From Phyllobates terribilis (taxonomy: Eukaryota): 64,000 bases of DNA. A program made the position numbers and the translations under genes. The stretch covers positions 359,662,001 to 359,726,000 of the forward strand of contig NW_027362769.1 in assembly GCF_046119375.1 (NCBI RefSeq), given 5' to 3'. The notes under the pieces are model-generated. The model worked only from the letters and a program-made list of their open reading frames with translations, was not told the origin of the DNA and did not search any database. Shown here one piece after another: positions 1 to 13,406 of the stretch; the stretch's first letter is position 1; every line of letters begins with the position of its first letter.

Positions 1-120
1 GCACAGGAGCTCTGTATATAGTGTCAGTGTGTGTGTATAGGTAATACAGTGATCACCAGTGACATTACACACAGGACCTCTGTATATAGTGTCAGTGTGT
101 GTGTATAGGTAATACACATA
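1..120. repeat. ~68-bp minisatellite (about 2 units, runs off the window start)
   Basis: CACAGGA(G/C)CTCTGTATATAGTGTCAGTGTGTGTGTATAGGTAATAC occurs at 2 and at 70. Confidence 0.75.
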
Positions 121-125
121 CTCAC

Positions 126-195
126 CAGTGATATCTCCAGTTGAAGTTCTTTATCTGCAGACCGATATATCACATCTTCTATGCAGGACTTATCT
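126..195 (-). other. Possible 70-nt internal exon of an unidentified minus-strand gene
   Basis: The minus strand reads TGTTATTTTCTGCAG|exon|GTGAGT. One frame is open (DKSCIEDVIYRSADKELQLEISL); the other two contain stops. No homologue recognised. Confidence 0.35.
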
Positions 196-1059
196 CTGCA
201 GAAAATAACATAGTTAGATATAACTGATTACTTCCAGAGCCCAATCCACACTTTTCCCAAGATTTCTATGTAACATCCCTGGCGGCGTGCTTGCATAGTG
301 CACCACCTCCCACTATGCAAGACCGCAATCTTACCTGTCAGTCCAGCCTGCAAACCTTGCTCCAGTTCATGCTGTATGCATGTCTCTTGACTGACTGCTT
401 AGGGCGGTGGCCCGGTTACTTCCTGATTCTTATAGCTGCTGTGGGCGCACCCCTAATGCGTCTCCAGCCTATTGCTGAGAGTCACTGGATATTTAAACCC
501 CCTCCACCCAGAAGGAGGGGCCTGAGCAACACCTTCACTCAGTTTGTCTTTGCAACTGAATTGCCAGGTCCTGTCCTGTATCTTGTCTGTTTCCGCCACT
601 CTGGGGGCTGCATACCCAGACCTGATATCTCTGACTTCTAGTCTGTTTCCGCCACTCTGGGGGCTGTATACCCAGGCCTGTTAACTGTGACTTCTAGTCT
701 GTTTCCGCCACTCTGGGGGCTGTATACCCAGGCTCGTTCTTGTATCTCATTGCAGTAGCAGTTCCTGTCTGAACTGTATCCTAGCCTGTTACCTGTTTGT
801 CTCTATGTCCGTACCTTCCCTTTTCCTGCAGTATCTGAACCTGCACCTAACTCCTACTCGTTGTCTCTGTACTTCTGTTTGTGAGTTTTGTGTCCACTCG
901 CTACTTCATAGTAAGTACATTGTGTGTATCTGGTTCGGCTTGTCCCTTTTCCCTTCCTCCGTATCTTCTTCCATTTGTTCTAGCCATCTTCCTGTGCTTT
1001 CCAGTCTGTTACATGTGAAGAGAGCCCTGTCCTCTCTGCCTGCACCTTCAGCCCTCTCT

Positions 1060-1350
1060 GCTCTGACTTGCTCACCGCGCCAGCAGTTTCTCTCTGCTCT
1101 GCCTTGTCCACCGCACCTGCGGTTTCGCTCTGCTCAGCCTTGTCCACCGCACCTGCGGTTTCGCTCTGCTTTACCTCGTCGACCGCACCTGCGGTTTCGC
1201 TCTGCTCTGCCTTGTCCACCGCTCCGGCGGTTCCTCTCTGCTCTGCCTTGCCCACCGCACCTGCGGTTTTTGCTCCGCTCTGCTTGCTCACCGCACCAGC
1301 TGTTCCTCTCTGCTCTGCCTTGTCCTCCGCTCCGGCGGTTTCGCCTTACT
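1060..1350. repeat. 36-bp tandem repeat inside the LTR
   Basis: Unit ~CCGCACCTGCGGTTTCGCTCTGCTCTGCCTTGTCCA; copies at 1111 and 1147. Confidence 0.8.
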
Positions 1351-1437
1351 CTGCTTGACTACCCCATCTGCTGCTCTGAACCTGTCTCCCAGTCTGTACT
1401 GGACCCTATCCAGCCTGCGCTCCAACCTGCTAGTACC

Positions 1438-1690
1438 TCCCTGTCTGCACTCCAGCCGTGCTTGCCAGTGCCCACCTGTCTGCATACCAGCCGTGCTTGC
1501 CAGTGCCCACCTGTCTGCATACCAGCCGTGCTTGCCAGTGCCCACCTGTCTGCATACCAGCCGTACTTGCCAGTACCCACCTGTCTGCATACCAGCCGTA
1601 CTTGCCAATACCCACCTGTCTGCATACCGGCCGTGCTTACCAGTATCCACCTGTCTGCATACCAGCCGTGCCTGCCAATACCCACCTGCC
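1438..1690. repeat. 35-bp tandem repeat inside the LTR
   Basis: Unit CACCTGTCTGCATACCAGCCGTGCTTGCCAGTGCC; copies at 1473 and 1508. Confidence 0.85.
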
Positions 1691-2273
1691 TGTATGCCAG
1701 TCTAACCTGCCTGTTCCTGCATTCCCCGGTGTGGGTCAACAACAGTGACCGGGTCTGACCTGGAGTAGCACCTGGTCCCTCTGCTAGGTTCCTCCTTGGT
1801 TCACAGAGTCGACTAAGCCGCCGTGCAACCTTGGTCGGATCGGGTTGATACTTAGTTAAGCCCCTCCAGGCGCTCCTCGGTTCATGTTACAGTGGGATCA
1901 CTAATCACGCTCTCGCCAGTCAGTCCAGGCGCGAGCGTAACATTCTACACTGCATGAAATGACAAAAAAAAAAACATAGTGCCGCACTACACAGTAACAG
2001 TGCTCCAGTGTCATTCTGTGCCTGCTCATCTCTGTCAGCAGACATATTTGTCTGATGGCAAAGATGTAGCAGAGCTGAAGACAAAGGACCTATGGATTAC
2101 GTTGGAGTGAGGATTTTTCTTTATTAAAGATGGAGTCCCTAAATGAGTTTTATTTTTAATAAAAAAAAAATTCTGTCTTTTTTTTTTCTGTTTACTAGAA
2201 ATTCATTGTGGCTATGTCTAATTTGGCGTGACACCATGAATTTCGGGCTTAGTACCAGCTGATAATACAAAGC

Positions 2274-2950
2274 AATAGCAAAAAGAACTTCGGCACTCCA
2301 TACATGAAAATATAAGAAATATTGTATCTAGACTAATGTCACTTTGAAAAATGAAGTTTTTTTGCGCATAATTTGGCCAATTTATGTGTGCCCATCAACC
2401 ACGACAAGGTCACCTTCGTATGATGGGAAACTACGCTATGCTACCACTGGATATGCCACTCTTGGGCTGTAAGCCTGTATGGACAATATGTCTCTGCTTG
2501 GGCTTTTAACCTACAATGTATGGGCTGGTAGAGCTAGTTAAAACCACCTGTGACTTAATGGAAGGGACACATGGTCAGAAAAAAGGCTGTCAAACTTCTA
2601 ATAGTGTGAACACGTACCTGCTGCAATGCTCCAGGAGCGGGATCCCAAAAATGATTAATAGAAAAAAGAGAGGGGTCGCTCACTGGTCTATTCGGGTGCT
2701 CTGAAGAAAAGAGTAATCTCAATAGCAAAAAGAACTTCGGCACTCCATACATGAAAATATAAGAAATATTGTATCTAGACTAATGTCACTTTGAAAAATG
2801 AAGGTTTTTTGCGCATAATTTGGCCAATTTATGTGTGCCCATCAACCACGACAAGGTCACCTTCGTATGATGGGAAACTACGCTATGCTACCACTGGATA
2901 TGCCACTCTTGGGCTGTAAGCCTGTATGGACAATATGTTTTTTCTTTTTT
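2274..2950. mobile_element. Small insertion with 219-bp terminal direct repeats and a long TSD (possible Penelope-derived fragment)
   Basis: 2273-2491 is nearly identical to 2720-2938. CTGATAATACAAAGC flanks both sides (2259-2273, 2951-2965). T-rich right end. Confidence 0.6.
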
Positions 2951-3221
2951 CTGATAATACAAAGCAGGCCTGGTAATAACCCTATTATTACCCAGGGTGC
3001 CACTCACCACCAGGGCCGCTGGAAGAGCCGGGTAAATCACCTGGAAATGGTGCTATGATGAATGCACCATTTTCAGGGGTGGCTGCAGGCAGCGATTTTC
3101 AGCGTGGGGGCCAAGAACGCTTGGGCCTTACCATGCTGAAAATCCCAGCCCCCAGCTGCCTTGTTTTATCTGGCTGGTGATCAACATATGTCGGGAGCTG
3201 GGCAATGGGCATGATTATCAA

Positions 3222-3615
3222 ATAATATATACCTGACAGGAGCCCATAGATTCTGTTGGCTCCAATAATATATAACTTACAGGAGCCCATAGATTCTGCT
3301 GCCTCGAATAATATATACCTGACAGGAGCCCATAGATTCTGCTGCCTCCATTAATATATACCTGACAGGAGCCCATAGATTCTGCTGGCTCCAATAATAT
3401 ATACCTGACGGGAGCCCATAGATTCTGCTGGCTCCAATAATATATACCTGACAGGAGCCCATACATTCTCCTGCCTCCAATAATATATACCTGAAAGGAG
3501 CCCATAGATTCTGCTGCCTCCAATAATATATACCTGACAGGAGCCCATAGATTCTGCTGCCTCCAATAATATATACCTGACAGGAGCCCATAGGTTCTGC
3601 TCCCTCCAATAATAT
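3222..3615. repeat. 43-bp minisatellite, left part
   Basis: Unit CCAATAATATATACCTGACAGGAGCCCATAGATTCTGCTGCCT. Confidence 0.95.
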
Positions 3616-5628
3616 CGTTAACAATCCCGAAAAGTAGGAAGCATGGGAAGCATTTAAGGAAACCAGGATGAATGAACACAGAACTTAAACACATGCTAAA
3701 AAAGAAAGGAAGAAATGTTTATCATATGGAAAGAGGGAGGCATATCTATAGAAGATTATAATGCAGTCTGCAGATCCTGTAGGGCACGTATCAGGTTAGC
3801 TAAAGGTGACAATGAATTAAGGCTTGCAAGAGATGTCAAAAGCAATAAAAAAGGATTTTGGGGGTATGTCAAAAGTAAAAGAAAAGTCAAAGATGCTATA
3901 GGATTTTTACAGGATGAAAATGGTGAAATGGTAAGAAAGGATGTTGAGAAGGCCGAACTTTTTAATTCCTATTTTGCATCTCTTTTCTCTCAGAAAGAAA
4001 ATGTAACATTAACTGATCTTCACTGTCCTATTAAAGGAAAAGAAGAATCCAAGTTATCTGTAAACAGAGAGATTGTGAAGGAATATTTAGCTAACATAAA
4101 TGAGTTCAAGTCTCCAGGTCCAGACGAATTACACCCCAGAGTACTGAAGGAGATCGTAGAAGAAATTTTAGATCCACTCTCCATAATCTTTGAAAATTCT
4201 TGGAGAACAGGAGAAGTCCCAGAAGACTGGAGAAGAGCAAATGTTGTTCCTATCTTCAAAAAAGGGAAGAAGGTGGACCCAGGGAACTATAGGCCGGTAA
4301 GTCTGACTTCTATACCAGGAAAGATCTTTGACAAATTATTAAACAATATGTATGTAAGTACCTGGATAAGAATGAAGTGATTAACCAGAGTCAGCATGGG
4401 TTTGTAACTAACAAGTCATGTCAGACTAACATAATTTCCTTCTATGACAGAATCACTGACTGGGTGGATCAGGGAAATGCTGTAAATATAGTATATCTTG
4501 ACTTCAGCAAAGCATTTGACAAAGTATCTCACACCATCCTTATTCAAAAAATTACCAAGTATGGAATGGACAAGGCAACTGTTAGGTGGATTCATAACTG
4601 GCTTAGTGATCGGACTCAAAGAGTGGTCGTAATTGGCTTCACATCCAGTTGGATGAATGTCTCAAGTGGGGTACCACAGGGTTCTGTCCTGGGACCTGTA
4701 TTGTTCAACATCTTTATCAATGATTTAGATGAAGGAATTGAGGGTAAACTGATTAAATTTGCTGATGACACAAAGCTAGGAGGGATAGCTAATACTTGAA
4801 AAGAGAGAGAGGGGATTCAAAAAGACCTAAATAAACTGGAGCATTGGGCAGTAACTAACAGTATGGTTTTTAACAGGGAAAAATGCAAAGTACTATATCT
4901 GGGCAATAAAAAAGAAAAAAGCATATACAAAATGGGAGGAATAGAGCTAAGCAACAGTACATGTGAAAAAGACTTGGGTATACTAATAGATCATAGACTG
5001 AACATGAGTCAACAGTGTGATGCAGCAGCAAAAAAGTCAAATACAATTCTGGGATGTATTAACAGAAGCATACAGTCTAGATCACGTGAAGTCGTTATCG
5101 GACTTTACTTTTCTTTGGTCAGACCTCATCTGGAATACTGCGTCCAGTTTTGGGCACCACATTTTAAAAAAGACATCGACAAACTGGAGCAAGTTCAGAG
5201 AAGAACGACCAGAATGATGACCGGTCTGCAAACCATGTCCTATGAGGAATGGTTACAGGATTTGGGAATGTTTAGCTTGCAAAAAAGAAGACTGAGAGGA
5301 GACTTAATAGCTGTCTACAAATATCTCAAGGGCTGTCACATTGTAGAAGGATCATCTTTATTCTCATTTGCACAAGGAAAGACTAGAAGCAATGGGATGA
5401 AACTGATTGGGAGGAGACACAGATTAGATATTCGAAAAAACTTTTTGACAGTGAGGGTGATCAATGAGTGGAACAGGCTGCCACGAGAGGTGGTGAGTTC
5501 CCCTTCAATGGACGTCTTCAAACAGAGGCTGGACAGATATCTGTCTGAGATGATTTAGCGAATCCTGCTTTGAGCAGGGGGTTGGACCAGATGACCCAGG
5601 AGGTCCCCTCCAACTCTACCATTCTATG
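3616..5628 (+). mobile_element. 5'-truncated CR1 LINE inserted in the 43-bp minisatellite
   Basis: CR1 ORF2 RT motifs [40 protein letters not shown]1-type 3' end ATTCTATG at 5621-5628. The satellite resumes immediately afterwards. Confidence 0.92.
3715..5558 (+). pseudogene. Disrupted CR1 ORF2 (reverse transcriptase)
   Basis: Split into ORFs 3715-4380, 4377-4799 and 4863-5558 by a frameshift and a stop. Confidence 0.9.
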
Positions 5629-8600
5629 AATATATACCTGACAGGAGCCCATAGATTCTTCTGGCTCCAATAATATATACCTGACAAGAGCCCATAGATT
5701 CTGCTGGCTCCAATAATAAATACCTGACAGAAGCCCAAACATTCTGCAGGCTCCAATAATATATACCTGACAGGAGCCCATACATTCTCCTGCCTACAAT
5801 AATATATACCTGACAGGAGCCCATAGATTCTCCTGCCTCCAATAATATATACTTGGTAGAAGCCCATACATTCTGCTGGCTCTAATAATATATACCTGAC
5901 AGGAGCCCATAGATTCTGCTGCCTCCAATAATATATACCTGACAGGAGCCCATAGATTCTGCTGCCTCCAATAATATATACCTGATAGGAGCCCATACAT
6001 TCTCCTGCCTCCAATAATATATACCTGATAGGAGCCTATAGATTCTGCTGTCTCCAATAATATATACCTGACAGGAGACCATACATTCTCCTGCCTCCAA
6101 TAATATATACCTGACAGGAGCCCATACATTCTGCTGCCTCCAATAATATATACCTGGTAGGAGCCCATACATTCTCCTGCCTCCAATAATATATACCTGA
6201 CAGGAGCCCATAGATTCTGCTGCCTCCAATAATATATACCTGACAGGAGACCACACATTCTCCTGCCTCCAATAATATATACCTGACAGGAGCCCATAGA
6301 TTCTGCTGCTTCCAATAATATATACCTGGCAGGAGCCCATACATTCTCCTGCCTTCAATAATATATACCTGAAAGGAGTCCATAGATTCTCCTGCCTCCA
6401 ATAATATATACCTGACAAGAGCCCATACATTCTGCTGCCTCCAATAATATATACCTGGTAGGAGCCCATACATTCTCCTACCTCCAATAATATATACCTG
6501 ACAGGAGCCCATAGATTCTGCTGCCTCCAATAATATATACCTGACAGGAGTCCATACATTCTCCTGCCTCCAATAATATATACCTGACAGGAGCCCATAC
6601 ATTCTGCTGCCTCCAATAATATATACCTGACAGGAGTCCATACATTCTCCTGCCTCCAATAATATATACCTGACAGGAGCCCATAGATTCTGCTGCCTCC
6701 AATAATATATACCTGACAGGAGCCCATACATTTTCCTGCCTCCAATAATATATACCTGACAGGAGCCCATACATTCTGCTGCCTCCAATAATATATACCT
6801 GACAGGAGTCCATACATTCTCCTGCCTCCAATAATATATACCTGACAGGAGCCCAAAGATTCTCCAGCCTCCAATAATATATACCTGAAAGGAGTCCATA
6901 CATTCTCCTGCCTCCAATAATATATACCTGACAGGAGCCCAAAGATTCTCCAGCCTCCAATAATATATACCTGAAAGGAGTCCATACATTCTACTGCCTC
7001 CAATAATATATACCTGACAGGAGCCCATACATTCTCCTGCCTCCAATAATATATACCTAATATATACCTGACAGGAGCCCATAGATTCTGCTGCCTCCAA
7101 TAATATATACCTGACATGAGCCCATATACTCTGCTACCTCAAAAAATAAATACCTGACAGGAGCCTATAGATTCTGCTTCCTCCAATAATATATACCTGA
7201 CAGGAGCCCAAACATTCTGCTGTCTCCAATAATATATACCTGACAGGAGCCCAAAGATTCTGCTGCCTCCAATAATATATACCTGACAGGAGCCCATACG
7301 TTCTCCTGCCTCCAATATTATATACCTGGTAGGAGCCAATACATTCTCCTGCCTCCAATAATATATACCTGACAATATACCGACAGGAGCCCATAGATTC
7401 TCCTGCCTCCAATAATATATACCTGGTAGGAGCCCATACATCTGCTGGCTACAATCATATAAACCTGATAGGAGCCCATAGATTCTTCTGCCTCCAATAA
7501 TATATACCTTGTAGGAGCCCATGCATTCTCCTGCCTCCAATAATATATACCTGACAGGAGCCCATAGATTCTGCTGCATCCAATAATATATACCTGACAG
7601 GAGCCCATAGATTCTGCTGGCTCCAATAATATATACCTGACAGGAGCCCATAGATTCTGCTGCCTCCAATAATATATACCTGACAGGAGCCCATAGATTC
7701 TGCTGGCTCCAATAATATATACCTGACAGGAGCCCATAGATTCTGCTGCCTCCAATAATATATACCTGACAGGAGCCCATAGATTCTGCTGGATCCAATA
7801 ATATATACCTGACAGAAGCCCATAGATTCTGCTGCCTCCAATAAAATATACCTGACAGGAGCCCATAGAATCTGCTGCCTCCTATAATATACACCGGGTA
7901 GGAGCCCATATATTCTGCTGCCTCCAATAATATATACCTGACAGGAGCCCATACACTCTGCTGCTCCAATAATATATACCTGACAGGAGCCCATAAATTC
8001 TTCTGCCTCCAATAATTTATACCTGACAGGAGTCCATACATTCTCTTGCCTCCAATAATATATACCTGACAGGAGCCCATACATTCTCCTGCCTCCAATA
8101 ATATATACCTGACAGGAGTCCATACATTCTGCTGCCTCCAATAATATATACCTGACGGGAGCCCATACATTCTGCTGCCTCCAATAATATATACCTGACA
8201 GGAGCCCATAGATTCTGCTGCCTCCAATAATATATACCCGACAGGACCCATACATTCTGCTGCCTCCAATAATATATATCTGACAGGATCCCATACATTC
8301 TACTGCCTCCAATAATATATACCTGACAAGTCTAATACATTCTTCTGCCTCCAATAATATATACGTGACAGGATCCCATACATTCTGCTGCCTCCAATAA
8401 TATATACCTGACAGGAGCCCATAGATTCTGCTGCCTCCAATAATATATACCCGACAGGACCCATACATTCTGCTGCCTCCAATAATATATACCTGACAGG
8501 AGCCCATAGAGTCTGCTGCCTCCAATAATATATACCTGACAGGATCCCATACATTCTCTTGCCTCCAATAATATATACCTGACAGGAGCCCATACATACT

Positions 8601-9890
8601 GCTGCCTCCAATAATATATACCTGACAGGATCCCATACATTCTCTTGCCTCCAATAATATATACCTGACAGTAGCCCATACATTCTGTTCCCTCCAATAA
8701 TATATACCTGACAGGACCCATACATTTTGCTGCCTCCAATAATATATACCTGACAGGATCCCATACATTCTGCTGCCTCCAATAATATATACCTGACAGG
8801 AGCCCATAGAGTCTGCTGCCTCCAATAATATATACCTGACAGGAGCCCATAGATTCTGCTGCCTCCAATAATATATACCTGACAGGAGCCCATAGATTCT
8901 GCTGCCTCCAATAATATATACCTGACAGGAGCCCATACATTCTGCTGCCTCCAATAATATATACCTGACAGAAGCCCATAGATTCTACTGCCTTCAATAA
9001 TATATACCTGACAGGAGCCCATACATTCCCCTGCCTCCAATAATATATACCTGACAGGAGCCCATAGATTCTGCTGCCTCCAATAATATATACCTGACAG
9101 GAGCCCATAGATTCTGCTGCCTCCAATAATATATACTTGATAGGAGCCCATAGATTCTGCTGGCTCCAATAATATATACCTGACAGGAGCCCATAGATTC
9201 TGCTGCCTCCAATAATATATACCTGACAGAAGCCCATAGATTCTACTGCCTTCAATAATATATACCTGACAGGAGCCCATACATTCCCCTGCCTCCAATA
9301 ATATATACCTGACAGGAGCCCATACATTCTGCTGCCTCCAATAATATATACCTGACAGGAGCCCATACATTCTACTGCCTCCAATAATATATACCTGACA
9401 GGACCCATACATTTTGCTGCCTCCAATAATATTTACCTGACAGAAGCCCATAGATTCTACTGCCTTCAATAATATATACCTGACAGGAGCCCATACATTC
9501 CCCTGCCTCCAATAATATATACCTGACAGGAGCCCATAGATTCTGCTGCCTCCAATAATATATACCTGACAGGAGCCCATAGATTCTGCTGCCTCCAATA
9601 ATATATACTTGATAGGAGCCCATAGATTCTGCTTGCTCCAATAATATATACCTGACAGGAGCCCATAGATTCTGCTGCCTCCAATAATGTATAGCTGACA
9701 GAAGCCCATAGATTCTACTGCCTTCATTAATATATACCTGACAGGAGCCCATACATTCCCCTGCCTCCAATAATATATACCTGACAGGAGCCCATAGATT
9801 CTGATGCCTCCAATAATATATACCTGGTAGGAGCCCATACATTCTCCTGCCTCCAATAATATATTCCTGGTAGGAGCCCATAGATTCTGC
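5629..9890. repeat. 43-bp minisatellite, right part (~100 units)
   Basis: Same unit as 3222-3615; source of the many YILLEAAESMGSCQ ORFs. Confidence 0.95.
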
Positions 9891-9899
9891 TGCCGCTGC

Positions 9900-10240
9900 C
9901 TCGGGCGACGCCGCGTCCGACCTCCACAGTGCGCACAGGAAGCAGTCCTAGGGAGATAACGTCATCGCCCTGAGACTGACCTCCTGCGCACGGACCGGCA
10001 GTGTTGCACTGCGCATAGGAGGCAGAGGATCACTGCCGTAGCAGGCAGAGGAGGGAGATCGCTCTCCCTGCTTTGACGTTGCAGAGGGCCCATCACTAAT
10101 CATATCGGCAGTGCTGCCGATATGATTAGCGAACCAGGGGGGCAGGTTGTGGGGCTTGGGGGCGTCGCCATCGGGACTCGGGGCCCACCCCGGGGCCCAC
10201 CCGGGGTTTTCCCGATCCTCCGGTGGGCCAGTCCACCCTG
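9900..10240. mobile_element. GC-rich terminal part of a probable non-autonomous DNA transposon
   Basis: Ends in a TIR-like CCGGTGGGCCAGTCCACCCTG abutting L2 sequence. The partner terminus was not found. Confidence 0.35.
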
Positions 10241-12457
10241 CCTACAGCCTCTCCCCACATCTACTCAATCATCCTCCTCCATAACCACGTTCTCTACCAT
10301 TACGGAAGATCAACTTTCCTATTTACTTTCCAAATCACACCTCACCACCTGTGAACTTGACCCAATCTCGTCCCACCTCATCCCAAACCTTACCACTATC
10401 TTCATCCCAACCTTAGCCCACCTTTTCAACTTGTCATCAACAACTGGCGTCTTTCCCTCATACTTCAAACATGCCTCGATCACACCCAACCTCAAAAAGC
10501 CCTCCCTTGACCTATCCTCTCTGACTAGCTATCGACCCATATCACTTGTCCCCTATGCCTCAAAACTACTGGAACAACACGTTCATTCTGAACTGTCCTC
10601 CCACCTCTCCTCCTGCTCCCTCTTCGACCACCTACAATCTGGTTTCCAATCGCACAATTTTACTGAAACTGCACTGACTAAGGTCACCAATGTTGTGGTG
10701 ACCCTTCTTTGTTATTAGGGAGAACTTTGGAATAGACAGCAAAGGGTCTTCACATTGCCAGTGAGATTCAAATTAAAATACTTCATCGATGAAGGGAGAG
10801 AGACAAAATGCATGCGATATGCATTGTCAGCAGGTAGAGTCTTCTGTGTGGCAGCTAAGACTCACCACCTTTATTAGCTAGACAAAACGGAACTACAATT
10901 GTTACATACAACTGAACAGGAAACCAAAATAGACAATCAGTGATAACACACTTACCTTGGCCCAACGTAAACCTTCTTGTCAGGGAATTCACAGGAAACC
11001 AGTATCTTAGTCAGAGATTCCATGATGCAAGTTTTCCTAAATAAATAATGAAGCTAGATATAAAATATTAACCATAACACCAATGGCCTACTAACAGCCA
11101 ATCCAAGCTACACTATTCTGTCCTCCTCCTCCTGGACCTGTCATCTGCCTTTGACACAGTGGACCATTCCCTCTTATTCCAGACTCTCTCATCTCTCGGC
11201 ATCACAGACTTGGCCCTATCCTGGATCTCCTCATACCTAACAGACCGGACATTCAGTGTCTCCCACTCACATGCCACTTCCTCATCTCACCCTTTATCTG
11301 TCGGTGTCCCTCAAGGTTCAGTTCTAGGACCCTTACTCTTCTCCATCTACACCTTAGGCCTGGGACAGCTCATAGAGTCTCACGGCTTTCAGTATCACCT
11401 CTATGCCGACGACACAGAAATCTACCTCTCTGAACCCGATATCTCCTCCATACTAACCAAAATCCCACAATGTCTGTCCGCTATTTCATCCTTATTCTCT
11501 GCTAGATTTCTAAAACTTAACATGGACAAAACAGAATTCATCATCTTTCCCCATCTCAACCCCCCCAACTGAACTATCTATCAATGTCAATGGCTGTCCA
11601 CTCTCCCCAGTCCCTCAAGCTCACTGCCTTGGGGTAACCCTGGACTCTAATCTCTCCTTCAAACCACATATCCAAGTCAGTTACACTTCCTGCCGACTCC
11701 AACTTAAAAATATCTCTCAGATCCGCACATTCCTCAACCATGAATCTGCGAACACACTAGTGCATGCCCTCATCTCCTGCCTCGACTACTGCAACCTCCT
11801 GCTCTGTGGCCTCCCTTCCAACACTCTCGCACCCCTCCAATCTATCCTAAGCTCTGCTCCCCGACTAATCTACCTGTCCCCCTGCTATTCCACAGGCTCT
11901 CCTCTCTGTCAATCTCTTCACTGGCTCTCCATTGCTCAGAGACTCCAGTTCAAAACCCTAACCATGGCATACAAAGCCATCCACAGTCTGTCTCCTCCAT
12001 ATATCTCTGACCTAGTCTCCCGGTACATACCTGCACGCAACCTCCGATCCTCACAACATCTCCTTCTCTACTCCTCTCTTATCTCCTCCTGTCTCAATCG
12101 CATACAAGATTTCTCCTGTGCATCCACCCTACTCTGGAACTGTCTACCCCAACATATCAGACTCTCGCCTACCATGGAAACCTTCAAAAGGAACCTGAAC
12201 CCACCTCTTCCGACAAGCCTACAACCTGCAGTAACCCTCGCTCCACCATACCACTCCACTACCAGCCCTACCCTCAACTACTGTATCCTCGCCAATCCCT
12301 TGTAGATTGTGAGCCCTCGTGGGCAGGGTCCTTGCTCCTCCTGTACCAGTCGCTGTCACGTTTTGTTCAAGATTATTGTAATTGTTTTTGCTATTTATTC
12401 CCCTTTTTTCACATGTAATGCGCCATGGAATAAATGGCGCTATAATAAATAATAATA
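10241..12457 (+). mobile_element. L2-clade LINE, 5'-truncated and degenerate
   Basis: RT motifs [34 protein letters not shown]. 3' hairpin GCGCCATGGAATAAATGGCGC and (AAT)n tail. Homologous to 35301-38170. Confidence 0.88.
10691..11079 (-). mobile_element. 389-bp solo LTR inserted in the L2 RT region
   Basis: Termini TGTTGTGG...CCATAACA. 4-bp TSD CCAA at 10687-10690 and 11080-11083. AATAAA on the minus strand near 10872-10877. L2 sequence is contiguous once it is removed. Confidence 0.8.
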
Positions 12458-12714
12458 TTAATTTTAAAATAAATAAAAAAATAAATACATACTTACCGCT
12501 CCTCATTCTCCGCTGCTTCCGTCTCTGCAGCACGTCTCTCTCATCACCTCAGCCGCTGCCAGCTCCACTCTCTGACACAGCGTGGTGCGTCATCATGCCG
12601 CTGCGTCAGACTTGGGAGGAGGAATGATCGGAGAGGGAGTGTCACATGACGCAGAGAAAAATAGTTTTACAACACAGGACCCAGCCTGCCTCTTCATCCT
12701 TCATATATGCAGAC

Positions 12715-12995
12715 ATGCCTGCACACACACAGTACGCAGACATGCACACACACACACAGTACGCAGACATGCACACACACACACTCACAGTACGCAGACA
12801 TGCACATACACACACAGTACGCAGTTATGCAAGCACACGGTAAGCATACATACACACACGTGCACATGGTACACAGATATGTACACATATAATAAGCAGA
12901 CACGTGCATACAGGCATACGTACATATTTGAACACATTCTTTAAAACACATAAAACAGACATAAATATGTATACACAGTCATACACACACACACG
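12715..12995. repeat. CA-rich degenerate minisatellite
   Basis: Repeated CACAGTACGCAGACATGCACACACA-like units. Confidence 0.7.
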
Positions 12996-13194
12996 TTAAA
13001 ATTATTTTTATCATGGGGTTTGGGGAAGCCGGCAACAAACCTCACTCACCTGCCTTGGTCTGTGTCCTGTCCAGCAACTCCTCAGGCATGAGTCAGTGCA
13101 GTGCTGCTAGCGTGTCACAGATATGACCCTGGACCATCAGGGGTCCCACTCGCCATCGGGCCCGGACCGCTTCCACGGCATCTGTGTAGGACTA

Positions 13195-13406
13195 CTGGCG
13201 CTGCTTGATTGCCGTCACTTCGCCTGACATGGCCATGCACAGTGCACTGTGCGGCTGTGTCGGGTAGTAATGCTGTGGTGGGGCGATACACAAGCACAAT
13301 TATAGGCGCAGTGTCACCCCTGCCTTGTCATTACTAGCAGACACAGCCGCACAGTGCACTGCGCATAGCCTTGTCAGGTGAAGTGCCGGTAATCAAGCAG
13401 CGCCAG
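13195..13406. repeat. 67-bp imperfect inverted repeat with 78-bp spacer (MITE-like)
   Basis: 13195-13261 is the reverse complement of 13340-13406 with about 7 mismatches. Confidence 0.75.

Larger units (their letters stand above)
269..1942 (+). mobile_element. Solo LTR (probably Gypsy-type), 1674 bp, with internal tandem repeats
   Basis: Starts TGTAAC, ends GTAACA. 5-bp TSD TTCTA at 264-268 and 1943-1947. TATA-like GATATTTAAA near 488. Internal ~60-, 36- and 35-bp repeats. Confidence 0.8.

Noticed and set aside
805-1758. 317-aa ORF and overlapping ORFs in the first LTR
   Set aside because: Produced by the 36- and 35-bp repeats; no gag or pol motifs.
2700-2745. Hammerhead in the small insertion (CTGAAGA...)
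   Set aside because: No correctly placed GAAA or stem III follows.
5616-9936. Many minus-strand ORFs of 300-500 aa
   Set aside because: Frame-cycling translations of the 43-bp satellite.
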